DNA of 64,000 nucleotides from the human T2T-CHM13v2.0 reference genome, Homo sapiens (GCF_009914755.1 NC_060933.1), one strand, 5' to 3'; positions 40,656 to 56,585 are shown, numbered from the stretch's first letter. Program-made: numbers and translations. Notes: generated by a model not told the origin, from the letters alone.

Positions 40656-43287
40656 AAAGGGAATGCTGATTCTCATTAGCAAGTTAATGCTTTTCTCCCA
40701 GAAACAGGAAGGCTTTCCCAACACTGGCCAAGGTCAAGGCCACCATCAGCTAAGGTAGGGAACATTCTCGTTTTCACTTTCAAAGTCAAAGGAATGGCAC
40801 AGATCTAAAGTAGAAAGGAACCAGCAGCACATGTTTTTAAATATTCATAAGGCCTGGAAATGTCTTACTCCTTTCGTTTTCTCTGCCATCTGCTTTTGTT
40901 TCTTTTCTTTTCATTCTTATGCCACAGCTGCAAATGAAAACAACCATACAATAACTCAAGTTAAATAAAAAAAAAATCAAAATAAAAACAATCTGAGGGA
41001 TAAAAAGAGAAGATGAATTATAAAGTTTTCCCCTGAGCTCTCAAGGCAACAGAAGTAAGAATAATGCTTAATGTGAGTTAAACCTTCTGGAAACCAAAAT
41101 CCATGTCCCATGTTTATAATAATGGTGAAAAAAGCAATCATCATTTACTAATGGCCCCTAGGTGCCACTTGACTAATAACTCTAATTGCTATAGCCACTT
41201 TTCAAAGTAGGTAAGTTATACCCATTTTACAGAAAGATATTGCAGATCACAGAGTTAAAACAGATTTTTAATGGTTACATAGTTAATAAGAGATAAGACT
41301 AAGATTTGAATCCAGGTCTGCCTGAATCCAAAACCTAGGCACTTTCCACACTATTGTCCACTCCAAAAATAGGAAGGGACACAAAAAAAAATAATTTGAG
41401 AAATATTTAGGGCAGCCCATTTGTACTAAACTGATTTTTTCCAGATAATTAAAATCTGTGATTATAGCTCTAATTAAAGTTAACTCAGATGATTGTATGT
41501 CGTATTTGTGAATGCGCAATTGGTCCTCCACATAATGGTAGGGTTTTCAGTATCCTACTTTTCATTTATTAACTGCATGCAAACTAGAGCTTTGCTGTCA
41601 TGGCCTCTGGTCCACAGAAAGCTGCAATACAGCTTCTGGGGTTTCTGGACTCAATGACTGTGACCTGTGATACCAACAGCAGGGTCTGGGCTCAGCTCCA
41701 TTTAACATGTCTTTGTCCAGAAGTCAACGAAGACTTCATCTTCAGGCGCCATGTAAAAAGCTCTTATGGCCTACACTGTTGTCCTGAAAACTCCTAGCAG
41801 CATGTACCTGAAGAAAAACTGGCAGCAGTGGTCCTCATGTGTTAATTACACTTGTGAAGTCTATTATGCATAGAAAGGGCACCTGCTGGCAGTGAAAATG
41901 ACTAGAAACCGCCCTTCCTGTGCAGTGAGTAAATTGAGAGTTCATTTCTACAGGAGATAATAGTTTTCAGATTCCTTTTTGTGTATCCCCTGCATGGGGA
42001 CATACTTAACATTTAAATCATCTGCAGAGTAGCAAACCTCCTTCAAATTTACATGTTTCAGGCTCCTAGCACTTTACTTAAAATGCTAGTTATCCCTGCT
42101 GGCTCTTACCACCAAGGATTAAACTCAATGGTGGTGAAAGTTACTGGGCATAATAGAATGAAGTTATTAGCATTGACTCAAATTTCATGACATTTGTAGT
42201 ATCTGACCAAAGCAGTGGTAGTGGCTGAAGGTGGTCAAATCAACCCTTCATTATGGAAGCTGTGTTTTTTCTCTTGGAGTCTTTCATTTCATCATTCTTA
42301 CATCTTACAGTTAACAAACAGACACCAATCCCCACCGGCCTGTAATCATCCTTTGGTCATATGTCAGAAAGTTCTTTCACGGAAACAAGAGACCAGGAGA
42401 AAGACTGCTATTACAGAAACAGAAACTTCCAAGATGGTGCCTCCTCTCAAAACTCACTCAGGCACCAGTAAATACAAAACTCAACCTTAATTTTCTGGAG
42501 TGGAAATTTAGGATGACAAGGACTTAGCAGCCTTCCTTGCCAAGTCTTCTCTTCTAAGTTAGACCTTCCAACATCAATGCCCTTGGTCAGGCTGGTAACA
42601 GTTTTTCAGAGTGCTAGAGTTAGAGAAGGTTGAAAAAATGATCTTGGATCAGCTTTCACAGGAAAATAAAACATCTAATGTATCTCCAAGAAAACATGAA
42701 AGGAGAAATGAATGGCAGCTGGGAAGAACAATTGGCTAGAAAAAACACTGATTTGTGAAAATAAAGCTTTTAATTATAAAAACCATACTTTTTCAGTGTA
42801 GAAATATTGGAAAATATGGAAAATAAAAAGCATGCAGAAATCCTCTCCCGCCTCCCCATCACGGGTCTCTGTTAAACATTTTGGTGTATTTCTTTCCAGA
42901 TTTCTGCCTCTCTATATGTATACATATATACATCCGATTTTTTGTGTATTATGTGTCCATATAATTCTCTTAATAAAAATTTGATCATAGAGTATAATAC
43001 ATAACGTCTGTATCAGGAAAAGTTACTAAAGCTCTTGGGGCCTTGGTCTACCAATCATCTGCGAAATGGGGTTAATAGTATCTGCCTTGCAGGGTTGTTG
43101 GAAGAATTCAACGCCATCACAGATGTAAAGGAGATGGACCAGTGTTCAACAGTGGCAGCTATCTTCATCACTTATGTTACTGACAGAGCATTTTCCCCTC
43201 CACAGTTCCAGGAATGTAAGCTGCCTGTTTTAAACTAGCTAACAATTTAGCAACCAAAACTTTTCAAATAATAGAAAGCTGAAGTTG

Positions 43288-43605
<318 letters not shown>

Positions 43606-43737
43606 TTATACTACCACTTGGCAGAGGAACTATATTGATTTTTCCAGCTCTACCAATCCCTGCAGAAGCCCCGGGTATTCCTCCCTGAAGCACGGCATGA
43701 AAACCCACTGGTGAATCTCTTCCAGGGGGAACCGTGC

Positions 43738-44018
43738 GACAGGGTCTCATTCTGTCACCCAGACTGGAGGGCAGTGGCTCAATTGCGGCTCACTGTAGCC
43801 TTGACCTCCTGGGCTCAAGCAATCCTCCCACCTCAACCTCCTGCGTAGCTGGGACTACAATTGTGTGCCACTATGGCTGGGTTTTGTTTTTTTTTTTCTG
43901 TGGAGATGGCGATCTCACAATTTGCCCAGGCTGGTCTCAAACTCCTAGGCTCAAGTGATCCTCCTGCCTTGGCCTCCCAAAGTGCTGAGATTACAGGCAT
44001 AAGCTACCGCATTTGACC
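43738..44018 (-). mobile_element. AluJ lacking its A-tail
   Basis: gacagggtctcattctgtcacccag...agctaccgcatttgacc, with no poly-T at the left end. Confidence 0.9.
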
Positions 44019-45286
44019 TGAGGCTACCTTTTAGAGCACACATCTGGCGTGTGGTGTGTATGGGCGGGGGGTGTCTCTCCCTGTGGAAGACCCTGAGACA
44101 TGTCTATGGGGAAAGGACCTATGTCTATGAAGGTGGGCGCGTCTGTGTGGGGTCTATTCCTGTGAGCGTACTGTGTGTCTGGGGGGAGAGGGGATGGCAG
44201 CAGGTTCTACATGCTAAGGGGGCTGGATGTCACTCCAGGACTCTGTCTCGGGTGATGTGTGTCTCCTTTCTACCTTCTCCTGCTTTTTCTCACTCTCTCT
44301 CTCCCTTCTCCTGCTTTTTCTCACTCTCTCTCTCCCTTCCATCTTCCTTGGGTGTGTGTTTTGTTCCTTGTCCTCCCCTCTAGTTCCCCTCATCTCCTTC
44401 CTCCTCTCTGAGTGTCAGTGTCTGCCTCTGCCCAGCCCTCAAGCTTTCATTTGAACAACAACAAACACTACTGGATAGTAAACAGGGTCCTTTTGGTCCT
44501 TTCCTTGGAGATATATGGCAGTGAGAAGAAACCAAGAGAGTTGGCTCAGAAGCTCAAGCACAGGGAGTTTAAGGAAAGGTTGAATCTGAGGAATGGGGCA
44601 CCTAAGCACATGTGCAGGAGAGGCGGGAGGCAGCAGAAAGGGGTGTTTAATGATACCCAAGAAAACAGAGTTCTAGATGGGTCCCAGAGAACCCTCAGGA
44701 GACAGCACCCAGGCCCAGGTGAAGTCAATGGCTTTGGACAGACTGCTCTTCCTCCCTCAGGAATGGCAGGAGAGGAAGAGGCAGACAGGCAGCAATTAAC
44801 CAGCACCAGCCTTGGGTGAGAAGGAGGGCAGTTGTGGGAACACAGACCCTATGTCCCCCTCTTCTTGCCAGATGTGACAATGCATCCCCATCCCTGAGCC
44901 TGTGCATGGTGGGGAGAGTGAGGGCTCAGGGGTGACTGCAGAGAAGGAGGGCAAGCCAAGGTTAGGCAGCACCACTCTCTAGCAGGTCCTCTCTGCAAAG
45001 GCTCTCAGACTTTCACCAGCAGTATCTTCCAGACAAGGAGCAGATAAGAAAATGGTAGGGGTGCCCAGGGTCAGTGGCAAGGCCAGGGAAGCAACAGCCT
45101 GCAGGGAACTGGTGAAAAACCCAGGAGCAGTTCTGGCCTGTCTATGGGCCTGTGTCTTCGACACCCAATTGTTTGAGTTCCTTCTGCTGGAAATTGACTC
45201 TCATCCCTGTCTTCCCAGCACTTAGTGCAGTGCCTAAGACATGGCCAGCATCGGGAAACATCTGCTCTACTGAAAAAGCTCACAAC

Positions 45287-45690
<404 letters not shown>

Positions 45691-47868
45691 TTAATGACAC
45701 AGGTGTCACCCTGCTGGGTGGCTGATAGTGCTTTTCGGTCTATAAAGTGCATTAGCACATACGTTATTTTATTTCATCCTAGAAACAGTTTAAAGAACAG
45801 GTTGCAGTATTTTCAGCCCTCAACAGAGAAGAGATTCAGAGAGGCAAAGGCACTTGCTCTAAGCTACACAGCCAGGCAGTAATGGAGCAGAGACAGGGAC
45901 TCAGGCGTCCTCCTCTTAGCCCCGTCCTATCCTTGTGTGTGCTACTCCATGGCCTCTCTGAGGGAGTAAATTAATCTCACTATAGATGGCAAAACAGTGC
46001 AAATGTGAGCTCAGTGGGAATAAGGGGAGGCCAGTAGTGTGGATTCTGAAGCCACTGAAGACAGCAGGGAATAAGATGGGAAGGAGATGTGGACATCTCA
46101 ACAAACAGGTGATGAAGATCCCAGAGACAAGCAGATGACAGTGACATGGGAGGGAGGAAGGTTCCTAGGGGCTGTGCTAGAAGCCAGATGACAGGGTAGA
46201 GCTCACACCAGACCATGGCAGCGGGGACAGGAGTCTAACAATCTGGGAGCAGAAGGAGCAGCCTCACTAGGGCAGAGTCCAGCACTCCCTAGAGTCTCCA
46301 ATGGAAGGAGAGAGGCTGGAGACCTGGGTACAGGGGAGGGGTCTGGAATGGGCCCAGGGGTTTGAAAACACTCCCTGAGGAACAGAGCAAACGCAAACAT
46401 TTAATGTCACATGGTGAATCTGTTATAAGGGGTTTACATCCTTATCCTTTCCTATCTGCAAACATTACTTTATCTCCTACCCACTCAAGAAGGGATGAAC
46501 ACCAAAATCTAGACCAGCAGTACCTGGACGTCACCATTAACTGAAAATAGTTTCCAAAATAAACCAAAGTATGAAGAGACACAGTGAAAAAAATGTGGGG
46601 TTCAGCCATTGATGAATCAAGAAGAAATTCAAAATTAGCCAGGATTCTATACTCCACATGGTAGAAAACATATTGCCCCTTAATCTCATAAGAGGTGGGA
46701 GAAAGGCACAAATAAGATAACTCACCTTGATAAGAAAGACATATAATAAAGAGAGAATCAGGCCCATTCACTTACTGCTATGCATGAGAGAGGGCCACTG
46801 ATTTTCACATGATGTCCCTGAGTTATGTCCTTGTTATCTCCATGGCCTCTTGGGAAGAGGGTGAGCCCAGCACGTTCCAATTAGGAGTGACTGTGGAATG
46901 CCTTCAAGCTCCTTGGACAATCTGGCTACTTGGGTGGACCTTTCCAGTGAGATGATTGCAAAATGGAATGGAGATCCCAGCAAAAGTATGACTGACCTGG
47001 ACTCAATCACTCCGAACCAGTGGTCAGTGTCCCGTGTCATCTGTCCTTAAGCAACAGGGCTATGACCCTCAAATGGCTTCCCTTCTCCTGAAGCTCTCAA
47101 TATCCAGCACGCAGTTAGTGCCTTTCCCTGTCTGTGTACCATGCTCCCTTACGGACTTCTGTTGACTTGAACTGTTTGGAGACAATGTCTTTAACTGCAT
47201 TACACTAGAGAAAGAAATTATTCATGAGGAAAAGGGATCCAAATCGGTCACAAAGACAGTCTGTTTTGGTAATCTATTGAAGACAGATAGTGAGGACGAT
47301 GATGTGTCTGCGGAAACATTTTCTGAGCTACCATGAGCCAGCTTTTCTACATGGGGTCCTTTCATATGTTATCTTGTTTCATCTTTGTATGATTATGTAT
47401 TGAACAACTTCCTTTTACAGATGAGTAAACAAAGTCTTAAAGCCAAGTGACTTGCCCAAGATGGTAGGGCTGTCGCCAAAACCTTTGTTTCTTCCTTCTA
47501 CTAAAGTCTGTTTCACTGAACAGTGAAATTCTCCTCAAAGAACTTCAGACAGTTTAGCGCTGCCTGGCTTGTGCTCCCAAACCACAGTGAGCACAAGTCT
47601 TAAGGAATGTGCCAGGGCATGGCTGAAACTTGAAGACCTTGGAGATCTCAATTGTTTTTGTCCCCAGTTTACAATTTGTCTTAGGAAAAAACAAACAAAC
47701 AAACACGCAACCTTTTGGTGCATTGCTTCCCCCAAACTGAGAAATGTGAAAAGTTACTACCTATTCTCTTGTACTCTTCAGAGTGTCATGACATATAAGA
47801 AAACTGGAAATGAAAGGGCCGTGCAATCAGGTGGTCTTAAATCCATGCCACTTAGAAGTTAGTATTTC

Positions 47869-48087
47869 TATTATTATTATTATTGAGACAGAGTCTCACT
47901 CTGTTGCCCGGGATGGAGTGCAGTGGCACAATTATAGCTCACTATAGCCTCAACCTCTCTGGCTCAAATGATCCTACCAACTCAGCCTCCTGAGTAGCTG
48001 GGACTACAGATATGTGCCACCATGACTGGCTTTTTTTTTTTTTTTTTTTTTTGTACAGATGGATTCTCACTATTTTGTCCAGGCTGG
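47869..48087 (-). mobile_element. Partial AluJ about 115 nt downstream of the exon donor
   Basis: (ATT)n tail, right arm and part of the left arm. Confidence 0.88.
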
Positions 48088-48201
48088 ATGAAGTTAATAT
48101 TTTTAATGTAGAGTCACCAACTGCATTAACAAGTGACACACCTAACACGCCCAGTCAGATCAGGGCAAAGGAGAAGCAGAGGACAGGGCCAGCCACCTTA
48201 C

Positions 48202-48302
48202 CAGCAGTAGTCCAGCAGATGCGGCGGCAGCACGGGGATGTACACGTGCTGCCAGTACATGGGGTAGAGCATCGCCGCAGACCCGTGGATGCAGGCAGTC
48301 AG
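48202..48302 (-). CDS. DENND1A: DENND1A internal coding exon (101 nt, phase 0 to 2), DENN domain: [33 protein letters not shown](C)
   Basis: The - strand reads ctctgctttgctctgttccag|CTGACTGCC...TACTGCTG|gtaagg. The translation carries the DENN motif YPMYWQHxYIPVLP. AAM/QHV here and the downstream IHLSLME match DENND1A rather than DENND1B as I recall them. Confidence 0.97.
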
Positions 48303-48479
48303 CTGGAACAGAGCAAAGCAGAGATCAATGAACAAATCCAAGGGAGGAGACACCGCCATTTGATTTCAGCAATACAATTCTATAATTCTTCAATATGTTT
48401 ACATGATAAGCTGAAAAACCTGGAGAAATCATTCTAAGTTAACTCAATCACCCTAATTCAAATTTAGTAAGAGCTTTCT

Positions 48480-49560
48480 TTTCAAAAAATCTTTTTTTCT
48501 GATGATAAAGCTAATATACGAAATAGAAAATTTTTAAAATGGTGAAAGGGATTAAAATAAATGCCACACCATCAGAAGATTTAACATTGTAGGTTATTAC
48601 ACACACAAGCACATATATTCCCCTTTTAAATACAATTAGGATGACTATACAGTATTCTTCTGTGTTTCTTAAAAGTGAACATTATTTGATGCCATTTTCC
48701 TTTAAATATTCTTAGAAAAAGATATCTCTTAATGATGCTTTAAAGGCACAAATCCAGAATATTCTTTAAATATTCTTAGAAAAAATATCTTTTAATGATA
48801 CTCGATGAATTTCCCATGCTATTAATATATTTAGCTACTCTACTACCATTAAGTAATATCATCATACAGGTCAATAATTTGTATCTATAGTTCCTAAATG
48901 TAGAATTCAGAGACAAAGGTTATAAACATTTGAAGGCACTTAATAAATACATATCTCATAAGTATGTTAGTATAATGAATAGATGAAGGATGGAGGCTCT
49001 TTACACCCCCGACCCCCAGCCATACACCACGATTCTGGCCTCCCTGCCCCTCACCAGCACTACTCCTTGTAGTCAAGTTAGTAGCTTTAAAATTGTACCT
49101 ATTTTACTTTTATTTTTATTCTGATCAGGACTAAGGTTGAACATTTTGTCATATGTTTCTTCACTATATTTATATAATAGACAAATGGTCTATTCATATT
49201 CTTAGCCCACTTTAAAAATGAGTATTAGTAATTTTTACTGGTTTATAAGCAATCACTGATGAAATGCAAAGAATACCCAGCCTTTGTAATGTTTTGAAAA
49301 TAATTTATCCTTAATTTTCTTTGAATTTCTGGGCAAAGAGAAGGTCTAAATAATTACGTAGACAAATATTTTCTTCCATGATGGTTTCTACTGCTTTTAT
49401 CCCAAGAAAGTCCTCCAAATTTTCCCCTAGCATTTAACTCTTCAGTCCATCTGGAATTACTTTAGGTTTAAGGACTGAGGTGAGAATTTATTTTTTCCAC
49501 ATAGGTAATCAATTGCTCTGGCACTGTTTACTGACTAATCCTTCCTCTCCACAGTCTTTT
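48480..49560 (-). mobile_element. Degraded L1M/L1ME fragments
   Basis: AT-rich sequence with motifs such as aaggttgaacattttgtcatatgttt, ttcatattcttagcccacttt, tccatctggaatt and tttttccacataggtaatcaattg. Confidence 0.55.
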
Positions 49561-50574
49561 GACTTGCCCCTATTTTGTATTCCTTTTTTTTCTTGAGAGC
49601 TAGAGACATCATACAATCAGTATTTGATGCAATTAAAAATTTAGGAAACAAAGATACTACAAAGGGATACAATTGCTACAAAATTCAATATAGTGAAAAG
49701 AAAGGGAAAAAAAACAACTTTTGGAGATATAGGTATGAAGTGACAAAAGCCAACAACACATATTTCTTTCTGTCTTTTTTTCTTTAATGTTTCTTTGGTT
49801 TCAGGGAAGCCTGTTCCCATGAGGACTTTGCTTCTTTTGGAAGCTGTTAACTGGCCTTTGCTGACAGAAGAACATTTACGTGGCGAAAGAGTGACGTGCC
49901 AAGGCCCAGTTAAAAGAATCCCAGAGGTTAGTGTAACATGAACAGCTTTAAATTGGATATTCTGCTGATGTTTCACAGTTGTGAGAGCTGTGTGTTAAAG
50001 CCAGGGCTGCTACTCCCCACCCCCACCTGCCCTGACTCTTTCCTCCAGACCCTGTTCTTGAGCCAGGTCCATGCCATGAACTGGAACTGATTCAGCAGGC
50101 ACCCAAGAACAGTTCCCAGTGACCCCGTCAAGGCTCGCAGGTTTAACCCATCCCTTCACATTCTATTTCCATAGGTACCCATATAAAGGAGGGTGATATA
50201 GATATATATATCTCACATACAAAAATACACATATATAAAACTAATCCCTTCAGGGCTTCTTAGAGATGAAAAGTCCTTGCTGGTGTTGAGTGAGTGGAGA
50301 ATGAACCAACTCTGACCTGATTCCACCCTGAAGTCAGGCTGGAGGGTTCCACTGGCCCTGGGTCTCAGCTCTTTCTGCTCATCTTTAACTAGCTGCCAGA
50401 GCGCTCCTCCTCAAGTGCAGGTTCCGGCCCATCACTTCCTACTCAGAAGTCTTTGGGGACAAGCCTGGCCCGGATGGCTCCACCAGCCCACGGTCTAGCT
50501 TTACAGCAGCCATCTGTAGCCACACTCTGTACCATCTTCTCCAAGTCTGTCCTTGGAATACATCACTTAGATAG

Positions 50575-51049
<475 letters not shown>

Positions 51050-51318
51050 TAACTGGACCATAACTGGCTGCATGTTTGTTTCCTGACTGTAAAGTACAGG
51101 AAGATCCTGTCCTCACCTCCATGTTCTCAGTGGCCCAGAACACACAACACACACACGTGCACTAGTTAATGGGATGTGTCCTGAATAAATAAAATATGAT
51201 TTTTACTTAGAATATACTCACAGTACAAAGACAGTTTAGTAACTTGGCTTTTAACAGAAGTGTATCAACATTCCCATGAGTCTCACAGAGTAAGGTACAT
51301 GACTCAAAGTCTAAAACA

Positions 51319-51693
<375 letters not shown>

Positions 51694-54113
51694 TCATCCA
51701 TTCGCCCATTCATTCAATCATATGCCTACTCTCTAACTCCACAACATATAAATAAATAAATAAAAGCACTTCAAAATCTACAAGGTCCCATACAAATGAA
51801 GGTAACATCATCACATGAATTAATTTGTGATTCTCTTTGAAAAAGTCATTTAATAGAATGAACCTGGTTAAGACAGAACTTGATTATGTGACTCTTTTTA
51901 GGTTAAACTGGTTTGGGTCAAAAGCCTATTTAAACATAAAGTAGCAGAGATCTCATCTTCAGATAATGTTCTTTTCATGTCTTTTTAACCTCAAAAGCAA
52001 ACCCACCAACCTCAATGCCAAGATTTTAAAATTACTTATCCTTCACAAAAAAACAAAAAATCAAGCTTTTAAGGTGTTTGCTCATTTCATTAGTGGGTTT
52101 TCTAAGGGCCAAATTTCTGCAATCGGGGTAAAATGCATTACTCATTTGATTAAGAAAACAAACAAACAAAACGGAATTATTTGGCTCTTTTCCAAAATAC
52201 TAAATGACATAAACTATGTGCATCATTACTTAAGGACAGTCAGTTGATTACAAGACTTACTATATATCTATACTCAATCAGAAATAATGCACTCTGTTCT
52301 ATAAAGTATCACTTGCCACTTATTTTTAAAATAACTCTAAACTCTGTTTCTAAAAATAAAAGTCCTAAAGGCCTATGTTCATTCCTTACAGAATACAAAC
52401 TTTAAAAGTAATGAAAGTATGTAATTTGGAGTGTAGTCAACAAAGGGATATTGTAAATATATAATTGAAGTGCAAGTTGAAGGAAATGATTCTATCAAAA
52501 TCTCACTCAGTGAGAGAATGGAAAGATAGTATGTGTAAAATTTGCCCAAAGTCATTAGTCACAATGAATATTCATCAGAAGCCAATTATCAATCTCATTT
52601 AATGACACCCCAAAAGATTTTGCCCTGAAGCAGCTGAATAGCCTAAGACTCCAGACAAAACTAGACAAATTATACAGCCAACAGCCAGTCTAGCCAGGAC
52701 ACAGACTGTACAGTAAACCACTGGTGGATTTTTGGATGCACTTTAGCAAATTCTGTCCTCAATTAAAGGTGCACAAGGTCATTTATATCTCAGAGCTTTC
52801 TCTATGGCTCCATTAGTTTTCTCTGAGGCAAAGGGAGACGAGGAGAAGGCAGTGGGAGTAGGACATGAACGGAGAGTGATCAATGACGGAGTGGGAAAAA
52901 TCACAAGGACACATTTTTTTTTTCAGTCATTTCTCAGAGATAAAGCCCAGATTGTCACAATCTTAGATACCAATGCCTCCGCTGAATCCTAATAGCAGCT
53001 CTGCAACTTGACGTGAAATAAAAATAAGAATGCCCCCTCCAAAGACAAAACCACAATATGTGTAGGTACCATGTTGGGGTTTAGACCCTTGCAAAGTATT
53101 GTTTTAAAGGAAAGAGTGCGTGTGTGTTGATACACATATACACTCATCACCACATTTCACAGATTAGGAAACAGTTTCAGAGGTGAAATAACTTGCCCAA
53201 GGCCACATCGACAGTAAGTGACAGAACTGGGACTCACATCCAGGTCTGTCAGAATATAATGGCCACTGTGTTTCCACAATGCATAATAAACTCAAAAAGT
53301 ATTCGAGTGTATACCCTGTGCCTTCCACAGTGTGGAGGACTCTGAAATAGATGAGGTAACAATACCTGCTGACATTGTTAAATGACACAGATATGCATTT
53401 GCCTTGCTGCTAGATGTCCAAATGTCTCGGACAAAATACCAATGACAGAAAATAATCATTTTTAAAACAAACACAGATCTGATCATTTCCTGGGGATTAG
53501 TTACATTTAACTAAGGTGTTGTAGTGTCTTTAACCCACAGGAAATTCTAGACAATGAAGTAATTATTATTAGTCAAAGAGAAAGGTTTACATTCCTTTTT
53601 GAGTACATACATCTGACAGGCTGGCTTGAAAGTGTTGGAAAGTCTTGCTTTTTGTCGTGTTCCCTTTCACATACTTGCTCCGAGTCTTCTGCTAACTTTT
53701 TGACCTGGGCAAGCCACTTCCTTTCCTAGGTCTCAATTTGTCCTGTATGTAAAATAAGAGACTAGGCTACAAGATTTCTGTGTTCCTTTCCAGCTTTGAC
53801 AACTCACAATTCTAGAGGAATTGCTATCCTTTGAAGTGAAGAAGGCTCCTCCTCTACCCCAGTTTACCTTCTTCACCTGTACTAAGCCGAAGCAAATCAG
53901 GGTCTGTCTTTAAGCTGGTCTTGCTTTCTCAGCTCTGCAGCTCCAGGGCCCAGCTGGAATTCATGAGCTATGTAGGAACCACCACTTTTAGGTCACCCCA
54001 TCTCCATCACCTGACCAGGGCACAGCTGTCTTCCTTACTTGGCCCCTGATACTCTGAAGAACTCAGATGTAGATGACCCCAGGTGACCAGGAACACGACG
54101 GCTATGGATTTGA

Positions 54114-54405
<292 letters not shown>

Positions 54406-54523
54406 TATTCCTCTTCTTACCTCCTACTATGTTTGACACAGAGTCGGTGCTGAGTAAATGTTTGGGGAATGGAGAATGCCTCCAGATTCACACCATGAGG
54501 AAGAATAGGCAAGATTACCAGAC

Positions 54524-54816
<293 letters not shown>

Positions 54817-55737
54817 CCAGACATTTAACAAATTGCAATTGCCTAATAGATCACAACTAGAGGCTGTACAGTTTTGAAAAAGTATTAAGATTCCAAGCTC
54901 TAAAAGCTGGCAGAGGAAGACAATCAGATGGTCACAGTCATTCTTTCCATCCTAGAATTCAGAATGTTAAATAATCAAACCAACACCTGCTTCACAGGGT
55001 TAGAGGCATTTGGATTTCCCCTCTGAACATAAACGCAAAGAAATGAATAAAATGATAAATACAGAAAGGATACCAGATTACTGACTTTAAAGGGAGGTCA
55101 TTCTTAAGTTTGTTCATTTTGACCAGGGATCATCTTATTTAGAGCAGCTGTAGAAAATGCTGTGTGTCTTGGGAAGTTGTTCCCTTTCTCAGTTTGAGAA
55201 CTTGATTCTTTTATTTAATTATAAACCATCTTCGTAGTATCATGGTGCCATGATTCAAACACTGCTGTGGTTTTTGTTTTGATTATAATTTATTCTTAAA
55301 TGACAAATCCTCTCTAAAATCATCAAAACGTTTTAAGCAAAATCTGCAGGGACTCTGTGAAGTCAACCTATTTCAACCCTTCCATGGCTGTGAGAAAAAC
55401 CTTTAATTATAAAGGGTTCAGCTATGTTCAAATTGTAGTTACTGTATTTAGTGGGGGATGAATAGGCTTTCAAGAAACTATCAAAGATACTCTAGCAGAA
55501 AGGCAACTTAGAACATCTCAGAAATCAAAGAACCTTCAGCTACTCTAGACAGATGCCGGACATGTGAGTAGAAGGAAAGAGCAAACAGTGTCTTGCTTTT
55601 CTTAGCAGCTGAAATGCAGGGCTGCTTTTCAGGGGGTAATGGCAACAATCGTTCTTCCAGTAGTTTCATTTTCAGCTGGGTGGAACTCATCTTACTTTTT
55701 TCCTTCTCCATTATCTTTTGGGAAAGGGAAGGAATAA

Positions 55738-55799
55738 ACACACACACACACACACACACGCACACACACACACACACGCGCACACACACACACACACAC
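55738..55799. repeat. (CA)n microsatellite of ~31 units with CG interruptions; (UG)n in the pre-mRNA
   Basis: Read directly from the sequence. Confidence 0.97.
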
Positions 55800-56253
55800 C
55801 AAAAAAACCACCCAACAAGGAGTGAAGGAAAGCGTCTTCCCCCAACAGCAATATCACCTAGTCAGGAGGAAGCTTACACAGGCAATCAACCGCCTGCTTA
55901 ATCACTTCTCTCCATTTTTTTTTAAAGCTATCTACTAGAGTAATTAGAGTAAGTTATTAACCGGGGCAACAAGCTTTCATGCCAAGATTTGACACTTTAA
56001 AACATCAAAGCAACTAAAACTGCCAGAGAAAAGCTTTAGCTACCAAAGCAGAAGCAGAAAACCATGGTGTGGTAAACCACACTGTAAATAAGCCCACAGC
56101 ACCATGAGTGAGGAAAGAGCTTTCTTTCCTCTTTAAGATGAAAAAGAAAAAGGCAGGGTTACATGGGGGACTGATAACAATGTATTCAATACAGGGACAG
56201 CCAATGTGCCACCACTCCTCCAAGCCATATCTGTGACAGACATTACTAACTGA

Positions 56254-56585
<332 letters not shown>

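Noticed and set aside
48012-48437. 141-aa + strand ORF overlapping the DENND1A exon
   Set aside because: It starts in an Alu and is the antisense shadow of a GC-rich coding exon, with no independent coding signal.
48700-48799. Repeat-spacer-repeat pattern considered as a CRISPR-like array
   Set aside because: There are only two AT-rich copies, in a mammalian intron with no cas genes. It is kept only as a duplication scar.
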